The position numbers and the translations under genes were made by a program. Of a stretch of DNA of 64,000 nucleotides, positions 30,163 through 37,156 are shown in pieces. Source of the stretch: a virus. The first letter of the stretch is position 1, and every line of letters begins with the position of its first letter. Where the stretch lies: the IMG/VR virus record IMGVR_UViG_3300042545_001167, positions 1 to 64,000 of that record. One strand, given 5' to 3'. Under the pieces are notes generated by a model. That model was not told where the DNA came from, did not search any database, and saw nothing but the letters and a program-made list of their open reading frames with translations.

Positions 30163-31377
30163 TTATGCGATGAAGTAGGTAGGATCAGTGCCTGATGTGA
30201 TTGCGCCTTTAGAGGTCCTGCCAGATGTAGCCTGTTTCCAGTTGGTTCCTCCTGCGAATGTGGTTACTGGTGTGTTTCTTTGTGTTGCATCATTAGTTCC
30301 CAACATCCCCGTGCCTAAATCTGCGCCCCATGTCCATAGAGTTCCATCAGTTTTAATTGATATCATACTAAATGTCGTTGATGATCCACCAATTCCAACA
30401 GCAACTTGTTTCCAGTTAGTTCCTCCTGCGAATGTAGTGACTGGAGTGCATCTTGCAGTTGTGTTATTGATTCCTAGTTGCCCATAAAGATTACGGCCCC
30501 AAGTCCATAAAGTTCCATCGGTTTTGATTGCTGCCATATTGCCCGGACTAACATCAACTTGTTTCCAGTTGGTTCCTCCTGCGAATGTTGTGACTGGAGT
30601 TGATCTTTTATTTGTGTCATTGGTTCCTAGTCCTCCATAAGAATTATCTCCCCAAACCCATAAAGTTCCATCAGTTTTAATTGCTGCACTGCAACCAAGA
30701 AATGAAGCGCCGGAAGAAACTTGTTTCCAGTTGGTTCCTCCTGCGAATGTTGTGACTGGAGTGTATCTGAATATTGCATCATTAGTTCCCAAAGTTGCAT
30801 CATTACCACCCCAAACCCACAAAGTTCCGTCAGTTTTGATTGCTGCCATACTACTACCATATCCTAAAGAAACCTGTTTCCAGTTGGTTCCTCCTGCGAA
30901 TGTGGTTACTGGTGTGTTTCTTTGTGTTGTATCATTGGTTCCTAATACTCCTGCAGTATTGTCTCCCCACACCCACAAAGTTCCATCTGTCTTAATTGCT
31001 GCTGTTCTTTTATAACCACAAGAAACTTGTTTCCAGTTGGTTCCTCCTGCGAATGTTTGAACGGGAACTAATCTATTGGAAGCTAAATCGTTTGTTCCCA
31101 GTGCTCCACCAAAACGTCCTCCCCATACCCACAAAGTTCCATCAGTTTTCACTGCTGCTGCATGTCCATATCCATAAGAAACCTGTTTCCAGTTGGTTCC
31201 TCCCTCAAATGTAGTGACTGGAGTGGATCTATTGGATGTTGCATTATTTCCTAACCGTCCATTAAATCCTTCTCCCCAAGTCCATAAAGTATCACCAACC
31301 CATTGGTCAATTAACCAATACTCACTCACAAAGTAATTTTCTAAATCTCCTTCTGGAGAATTAAACTGATTAGGCAT
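30163..31377 (-). CDS. RCC1/BLIP-II-type 7-bladed beta-propeller protein (paralogue A)
   Basis: Seven GGTNWKQ...AIKTDGTLW.WG repeats; start overlaps the stop of the upstream fibre gene. Confidence 0.85.
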   Translation of the reverse strand: MPNQFNSPEGDLENYFVSEYWLIDQWVGDTLWTWGEGFNGRLGNNATSNRSTPVTTFEGGTNWKQVSYGYGHAAAVKTDGTLWVWGGRFGGALGTNDLASNRLVPVQTFAGGTNWKQVSCGYKRTAAIKTDGTLWVWGDNTAGVLGTNDTTQRNTPVTTFAGGTNWKQVSLGYGSSMAAIKTDGTLWVWGGNDATLGTNDAIFRYTPVTTFAGGTNWKQVSSGASFLGCSAAIKTDGTLWVWGDNSYGGLGTNDTNKRSTPVTTFAGGTNWKQVDVSPGNMAAIKTDGTLWTWGRNLYGQLGINNTTARCTPVTTFAGGTNWKQVAVGIGGSSTTFSMISIKTDGTLWTWGADLGTGMLGTNDATQRNTPVTTFAGGTNWKQATSGRTSKGAITSGTDPTYFIA

Positions 31378-32986
31378 CTAATTTTCTCTCCAGTTCTTCA
31401 ATACGAACTTGTTGTTCTTTGATTGCTTCAATTAAAAGTCCAACCATATTGGAATAACTTACTGACTTAATGCCATCGCTATTGGTCTCAACGAGTTCAG
31501 GAAGTACTTTTTCTACTTCCTGAGCAATCAAACCAAGTGAAGGTTTATTGTTATTTATCCAATCAAACCTAACTCCATCAAGTTGTTTCGTAATTTCAAT
31601 CGGATTTTCTATAGGTCTTACGTTAGTTTTTTGAGTTGCGTCTGATAGTGATGTAAATTGAGTTGCTGCTAGGTTTCCAGATAGTGGATTAAATTGGAGA
31701 TTTGTTGAAGAAACATTTGCTGCAGAAATAGATCCTGATGTAGAGTCAGTAAATGTAAGATACCTAGTTGCATTTGTTGAGATATCATCGCTTATTGTTA
31801 CTCCACCTCCACCACCTCCACTAATATTAATAGTTGCGATTCCAGAACTAACTGTTACAGTAGAAATTCCCGAACCTCTAAAGTCTAAGAATGTTGCTCC
31901 AGTTCCTACTGTTCCTCCAGCAGTTGCAATTCCGACACCAGCAACAAGTCCAGTTAAGTTTGCGCCAGAGCCAGAGAATGATAATGCGGTAACAACGCCA
32001 GTAAAACTTGCGGTAGTTCCAAATAAGGATGCTGTATAAGTTGTTATTCCAGAGAAGGTAGAAACACCAGAAACATTTAATTGTGCAACAGATGCAATAC
32101 CACCCATAACTGATGTAGCAATACCACTAGAAGTAGCATAAGTTGCTGTACCACTAGAGGTTGCATAAGTAGCAATACCACTTATAGGAACATTTGTTAA
32201 TCCAGAACCATTTCCAACAAATGATGCTGCGGTTATGATACCAGTAGTATTAACTGATGCTGCTGCCGTAAGTGCAGAAGAAATTCCAGCACTAGTTGCA
32301 TAAGTTGCAATACCACTAGAGGTTGCATAAGTTGCTATACCAGCACTAGTCGCATAAGTTGCAGCAGTAGAAATTCCTGCAGTTAATGCATAAGTAGCAG
32401 TACTAGAAATACCACTAGAGGTTGCATAAGTTGCTATACCAGAATTTATGGCATAGACAGCAGAAGAAGCAGAAATATTAGTAAGTTTAGAACCATCACC
32501 ATAATAAGTTACAACACCACTTGTACTTGTGGCAGTTACAATACCAGAAAATATTTTTACCGTCCCAATTGTTGCAATACCAGTGATATTGGCATTAAGT
32601 GCAGTAAACCCACTAAAGGATATACTACCCCCAATATCCAACTTTCCAGTAACACTTGTATCGCCTTGAACATAAAGTGCTGTTTGTCCTGTAGAGACTG
32701 AAGAACGAACATCTAATAAGTAGTTTGGCAGTGCTGTTCCTACACCAACAGAACCACTACCTAATGCTGTAAGAACCGTTCCATTCGTTCCGACGTTTAG
32801 TTCGTTTATAACAGTTGAGATTCCTGTTAGATAAGAATCTGTTGCAATAAACCTACCACGTAGATCTAATTCCACTCTTGGAATAGTAGAACCTATGCCA
32901 ACATTTTTAGTTTGACCGCTTACAATAAGAACGTCAGAATTAACTTCTAATCCGTCTTTTATAACAAACGCTTTTTTAATTGCCAT
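31370..32986 (-). CDS. Tail fibre protein with C-terminal intramolecular chaperone (peptidase S74)
   Basis: F.IKDGLEV N-terminus, GDGSKLTNI, SSGIATYAT repeats, SLSDATQKTNV...[15 protein letters not shown]...VSYSNMVGLLIEAIKE. Confidence 0.85.
   Translation of the reverse strand: MAIKKAFVIKDGLEVNSDVLIVSGQTKNVGIGSTIPRVELDLRGRFIATDSYLTGISTVINELNVGTNGTVLTALGSGSVGVGTALPNYLLDVRSSVSTGQTALYVQGDTSVTGKLDIGGSISFSGFTALNANITGIATIGTVKIFSGIVTATSTSGVVTYYGDGSKLTNISASSAVYAINSGIATYATSSGISSTATYALTAGISTAATYATSAGIATYATSSGIATYATSAGISSALTAAASVNTTGIITAASFVGNGSGLTNVPISGIATYATSSGTATYATSSGIATSVMGGIASVAQLNVSGVSTFSGITTYTASLFGTTASFTGVVTALSFSGSGANLTGLVAGVGIATAGGTVGTGATFLDFRGSGISTVTVSSGIATINISGGGGGGVTISDDISTNATRYLTFTDSTSGSISAANVSSTNLQFNPLSGNLAATQFTSLSDATQKTNVRPIENPIEITKQLDGVRFDWINNNKPSLGLIAQEVEKVLPELVETNSDGIKSVSYSNMVGLLIEAIKEQQVRIEELERKLDA
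32110..32452. repeat. Degenerate 27-nt repeats encoding S(S/A)GIATYAT
   Basis: ataccactagaggttgcataagttgc-type units in two clusters. Confidence 0.75.
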
Positions 32987-33014
32987 AGGTGGAGAACGCC
33001 AACCTTATTTTAAG

Positions 33015-33037
33015 TATTTATAATAAAGAAATAAATA
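33015..33037. promoter_or_regulatory. Back-to-back T4-type late promoters: TATAAATA (minus, 33015-33022) and ATAAATA (plus, 33031-33037)
   Basis: Exact motifs upstream of the divergent genes 31370..32986 and 33068..33637. Confidence 0.7.
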
Positions 33038-33067
33038 CGAATATGAACAATTTTAAAATTCACATTT

Positions 33068-33637
33068 ATGTCTTATCCATTGGTAATTAGAAATTTTATT
33101 ACAGAAGAAGAAAATGATTATTTTTTAAACTGGATAGAAGAAAATAAATCTTCATATGATCAACATATAAGTTCAGAAGATTACTGGTCCAAAAGATGCA
33201 TATATTATTCTTCAATTAAGGAAGAAGAAGTTAGAGAAAAATTAATTAAGTTAATTGTATCAATTAGAAGTGTTGTAGAGAAAACTTCTATATCTGACCA
33301 AAAACTTTTTATAGAATATCCACAATTTGTTAGGTGGGAAAATAAAGTAGAACTTACTCCACATGCAGATAATATTGAGCAAGATGGAGTTACTCCAAAC
33401 TCATCTCCTTGGAGATCGCACGGAAGTGTTCTTTATTTTAATAGTTCTTTTGTTGGTGGAGAATTATATTATCCAAATTTGAATATAGAAGTTAAACCAG
33501 AACCAAGAATGCTAGTTGTTCATCCAGCAGATTTAAAATTCACACATGGAGTTAAAAAAGTTGAGAGCGGCGTTAGGCAGACATTAAGCGTTTTTTTGAC
33601 TTATGATCCACATGCCGCTCCCGTTTATAACGATTGA
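33068..33637 (+). CDS. Prolyl 4-hydroxylase-like 2OG-Fe(II) oxygenase
   Basis: VIRNFITEEE N-terminus, HAD (HxD), SVLYFN..FVGGELYYP, HGVKKVESGVR (distal His and 2OG-binding Arg). Confidence 0.75.
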   Translation: MSYPLVIRNFITEEENDYFLNWIEENKSSYDQHISSEDYWSKRCIYYSSIKEEEVREKLIKLIVSIRSVVEKTSISDQKLFIEYPQFVRWENKVELTPHADNIEQDGVTPNSSPWRSHGSVLYFNSSFVGGELYYPNLNIEVKPEPRMLVVHPADLKFTHGVKKVESGVRQTLSVFLTYDPHAAPVYND

Positions 33638-33641
33638 ATTT

Positions 33642-36600
33642 TTATTTGCCTGTTGGTGGTGGTGAGACTAGTTTATTGTGAGATAATAAGTTTTCTGAGA
33701 TATAGGTGTGACCACCATCAACTTGAATTGCAACAACCTTTCCAGGTTCTGCACTTTCAATTTTTATAATTGTATGCCCAGAAATAATATCACCAACTTT
33801 TAAACTACAAGCTAAAACCCAACCACTTTCTTCACTATAAAATGTATGAGTAGGTGAGCAGGTAAATTCAACATGATCAAAGATAATTTTCAATCTTTCA
33901 GAATCAACTTGCTTAACATAATCAATTAAGTATTCACCCCATTCTAAAGTATGTTCATGTCGAGTTGTAATTAAATCACCAACTTTTAGATCACCTGCAT
34001 TCTTTTGAGTTCCATCTGCCATTAAGATCTTTGTCCATGGAGCAGGACAGGATGTAATTGGTGGTGATGGATTCGTTACAGGTGGATTCGTTACTGGTGG
34101 AGTAACTATCTTTAAATTGTGAGATAATAATCCTTCACAGATATAAGTGTGAGCACCCTTAATTTGAATTGCAACGACATCTCCATATTCATAATCATCA
34201 ATTTCAAGTAAGGTATGTCCACTTATAATATCCCCAATTACCATATCACAAACTCTAGTCCAACCTTTATTTTCAACATACATTTTATGAGATGTTGAGC
34301 AGACCAAATCTTTGTGGTCAAATTTCATTTTAAATCTATCTTCTTGAACGATAGAAACTTTTAATACAGAGTATTCACCCCATTCTAAAGTGTGTTCATC
34401 TTGAGTTTTTATTAAATCACCAACTTTTAGATCACCCGCATTCTTAAGAGTCCCGTCAGACATTAATATCTTTGCCCATGGTGCAGGACAAGATGGTGCC
34501 AGTGATGGTGGCGCAACTGGTGGCGCAACTGGTGGCGCAACTGGTGGCGCAACTGGTGCGGGTGGCTTTGGCGCTTTTGGTGGTGGTGCTTTTGGTGGTG
34601 GCGGTGGCGGTGGTGGTGACACAAATGCTAACAAGGGGTCTTGCTGTGTTCGTGGGAGAACAAATGGAGGTGGTGGCGGTGATTTTGGCGGTGGTGGCGG
34701 TGGTGGAGGAGGATTTCTTCTGTTGTGCGATAATAATCCGTCACTAATAAAAGTATGTGCATCATCAACTTCAATTGAAACAACATCACCATATTCAACA
34801 CTCTCCACACTTATTAATTTTTGATTACTTACAACATCACCAATTGCCATATCACAAACTCTAGTCCAACCTTTATTTTCAACATACATTTTATGAGTTG
34901 GAGAAAAAATAACCTTAGCATTATCAAAAGTAAGTTTTAATCTTTCCGACTGTAAGGTTGAATTATGTGTAATTGGATACTCTCCCCATTCTAAAGTATG
35001 TTCATGTTGAGTTTTAATTAAATCACCAACTTTCAAATCTCTAGCATTTTTTTGAGTCTTATCTGACATCAAAATCTTTGGAAATGGATTAAAAATTGGC
35101 AGTGGAGATTCTGTTAATTCAATCTTCACTGTACGCGATAACAATCCTTCACCAATAAAAGTATATGCCTCATCAACTTCAATAACAATAACATCTCCAC
35201 TTTCAGCAGGTTCTACTGACAATAGTTTTTGATTACTTATAACATCACCAATTACCATATCGGTAACTAATATCCAACCTTTACCATCAACATACATTTT
35301 ATGAGTTGGAGAGCAAGTAAAGTTAGACTCTTCAAAAGTGAGTTTTAATCTTTCTGAAGGACTTACTTTTTTATAAGTAATTGGATACTCTCCCCATTCT
35401 AAAGTATTTTTATGCTGCGTTTTAAGAATATCTCCAACCACTAAATCGCCTGCATTCTTAAGAGTTCCATCTGCCATTAAGATCTTTGTCCATGGAGCAG
35501 GACAAGATGGTGGTGGTGGCGGCGGTGGTGGAGGAGGTGGTGGGGGTGGTACATATTCGCGAATTACAACTTTTCCAAGACCGGCATTACCACCTTGTTG
35601 CGTAGAAGTAATTATTACAGACCCATCACTATATCCACTTCCACCTCCACCACCTCCACCGTTACCACCATTGCCGCCAGTTGCACCACTGCCGCCATTG
35701 CCTCCAGAATTTATTCCTTGTCCTGCAGTGCCATTAATTCCATATCCTGGTTTATATCCTCTTGCAATTGTTGCCGTATTTGTACTTACTCCTGCAGTAG
35801 GTGTATAGTACTTTGTATTTCCAACATCAGCACATGCAGAAAATCCTAGAGTGGCCCAATATTCACCTTTAGTGCAAGGTAGTACTCTACCTCCGTTGGG
35901 AGCAATTGCTAAAGTATCTCCAGATTTAAGTGTTACGAATTGAACACTAGAACCAAATATACCATTTGAGGGTAATGTTCCTGCAGCATAAAGACTTCCA
36001 CCAGACCCACTGGCAGTAAGACCTGCTACGTTAACGCCACCACCGTCACCGCCACTACCATTTTTTCCTGCATTTCCTCCTCCACCAGCAACAGCAATTA
36101 ATTTTGCTTTTTTATATAGAAAAACACCTCCACCATTTTTAGTTAGAGAAAGAGGCGTGACAGCATATTCTTCATTTTTATTTAATGTTAATCTGATTGT
36201 AGATACTCCACCTCTTCCTCCAACAAAAGTTCCATAATCTGCTCCAGCAGTTCCGTACATATCAATATATGCCTCAATACTTAGTTCTGGTGCATAAAAT
36301 GTAAGAATACTTCCAGGTGGTATTTGATCTGGATTTATTGTATATGGACCTTGAGTAACAATATTCCAAGAATATAATAGTGCCTCAGTACTGTTATCAT
36401 CCGGAATTACTTCAACGTTAAGTATTTTTCTAGGAGCAACTACATCAAGATTGGCATTATTTGTATATAATGGAGAGTTTGAAGCAGTGGGATGAGTAAT
36501 TTTTGCTCTAACAGTATTAATCCCAATATTTGGTAAAGAAATTAAAAGTTCATTTGTTTTAGAACCTTGTATAGTTGCACTGTCCGAAAGATCAGAACCA

Positions 36601-37145
36601 TTTAATTGCCATTGATAAGAAATATTTCCTTGACTAGTATCTGTAATTGATGCATTAGTAACAAATCTTGTATATGAGTTTTGTCCAATAGTACTAATGC
36701 CAGGTTGTTTTGTTACCGATAATGTTGGATAGACTGTTAAAACTGCACTACTAGATGAAATTGGATCATTTATTGCATTTCCAGTTGATCTGGCAGTACC
36801 AACTGTAATTGGATTTTCTCCATATGCAGATGGTATATAATCTGCATTTAAATAAAACTGTTTATTATGATCAGTTGGACTAACGACATTAGAAATAGTT
36901 AATGTCGTAGTTGCAGATCCAGTTACATTTGCACCATCAGTTAATGGTCCATTTTGATCATACCATCGATAAGAAATATATCCAGTGGGTATTGCAGGAT
37001 TTGGTGGAGTTTGTATGGGAAATGTTGCTGTTGCAATACCGATAAAAGTTGCAGATCCACCATTAGTAGTTGCTGCTCCAACTGGATTTGTAGTAAATGA
37101 TAGAATTGGACCGTTTAGATCTAAAGTTGTCTGTTTGTTTAACAT
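33642..37145 (-). CDS. Virion structural protein: Ig-like domains + Gly-rich domain + four tandem Hint domains with polyproline linkers
   Basis: ISYRWY/ISYQWQLNG Ig repeats; AVAGGGG...GGGGGSGY Gly-rich domain; four 125-aa units C-PAPWTKILMADG...SPTH...HT(F/Y)I.EGLLSHN. Confidence 0.8.
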   Translation of the reverse strand: MLNKQTTLDLNGPILSFTTNPVGAATTNGGSATFIGIATATFPIQTPPNPAIPTGYISYRWYDQNGPLTDGANVTGSATTTLTISNVVSPTDHNKQFYLNADYIPSAYGENPITVGTARSTGNAINDPISSSSAVLTVYPTLSVTKQPGISTIGQNSYTRFVTNASITDTSQGNISYQWQLNGSDLSDSATIQGSKTNELLISLPNIGINTVRAKITHPTASNSPLYTNNANLDVVAPRKILNVEVIPDDNSTEALLYSWNIVTQGPYTINPDQIPPGSILTFYAPELSIEAYIDMYGTAGADYGTFVGGRGGVSTIRLTLNKNEEYAVTPLSLTKNGGGVFLYKKAKLIAVAGGGGNAGKNGSGGDGGGVNVAGLTASGSGGSLYAAGTLPSNGIFGSSVQFVTLKSGDTLAIAPNGGRVLPCTKGEYWATLGFSACADVGNTKYYTPTAGVSTNTATIARGYKPGYGINGTAGQGINSGGNGGSGATGGNGGNGGGGGGGSGYSDGSVIITSTQQGGNAGLGKVVIREYVPPPPPPPPPPPPPPSCPAPWTKILMADGTLKNAGDLVVGDILKTQHKNTLEWGEYPITYKKVSPSERLKLTFEESNFTCSPTHKMYVDGKGWILVTDMVIGDVISNQKLLSVEPAESGDVIVIEVDEAYTFIGEGLLSRTVKIELTESPLPIFNPFPKILMSDKTQKNARDLKVGDLIKTQHEHTLEWGEYPITHNSTLQSERLKLTFDNAKVIFSPTHKMYVENKGWTRVCDMAIGDVVSNQKLISVESVEYGDVVSIEVDDAHTFISDGLLSHNRRNPPPPPPPPPKSPPPPPFVLPRTQQDPLLAFVSPPPPPPPPKAPPPKAPKPPAPVAPPVAPPVAPPVAPPSLAPSCPAPWAKILMSDGTLKNAGDLKVGDLIKTQDEHTLEWGEYSVLKVSIVQEDRFKMKFDHKDLVCSTSHKMYVENKGWTRVCDMVIGDIISGHTLLEIDDYEYGDVVAIQIKGAHTYICEGLLSHNLKIVTPPVTNPPVTNPSPPITSCPAPWTKILMADGTQKNAGDLKVGDLITTRHEHTLEWGEYLIDYVKQVDSERLKIIFDHVEFTCSPTHTFYSEESGWVLACSLKVGDIISGHTIIKIESAEPGKVVAIQVDGGHTYISENLLSHNKLVSPPPTGK
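33675..34049 (-). other. Hint domain 4 (Cys1, SPTH, terminal His-Asn, +1 Lys)
   Basis: CPAPWTKILMADGTQK...TCSPTHTFY...GHTYISENLLSHN|K. Confidence 0.8.
34116..34490 (-). other. Hint domain 3 (Cys1, STSH, terminal His-Asn, +1 Leu)
   Basis: CPAPWAKILMSDGTLK...VCSTSHKMY...AHTYICEGLLSHN|L. Confidence 0.8.
34506..34553. repeat. 12-nt tandem repeat x4 encoding VAPP within the Pro-rich linker
   Basis: tggtggcgcaac x4. Confidence 0.9.
34722..35096 (-). other. Hint domain 2 (no Cys1; terminal His-Asn kept, +1 Arg)
   Basis: IFNPFPKILMSDKTQK...FSPTHKMY...AHTFISDGLLSHN|R. Confidence 0.75.
35130..35504 (-). other. Hint domain 1 (Cys1 kept; terminal His-Asn replaced by Arg-Thr)
   Basis: CPAPWTKILMADGTLK...TCSPTHKMY...AYTFIGEGLLSRT. 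Confidence 0.75.
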
Positions 37146-37156
37146 ATCAATCTCCT

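Noticed and set aside
28400-31214. Plus-strand ORFs antisense to the RCC1 genes
   Set aside because: Mirror translations of the repeats with GTG/TTG starts; no independent coding signal.
22747-31377. Diversity-generating retroelement explaining the RCC1 or LamG variation
   Set aside because: No reverse transcriptase ORF in the window, no non-coding template repeat, and the differences include indels and non-adenine changes. A trans-acting RT elsewhere cannot be excluded.
33675-35504. Canonical splicing inteins or mobile homing elements
   Set aside because: No Cys/Ser/Thr at +1, no endonuclease insert, and not located in a conserved enzyme motif; BIL-type cleavage is more consistent.
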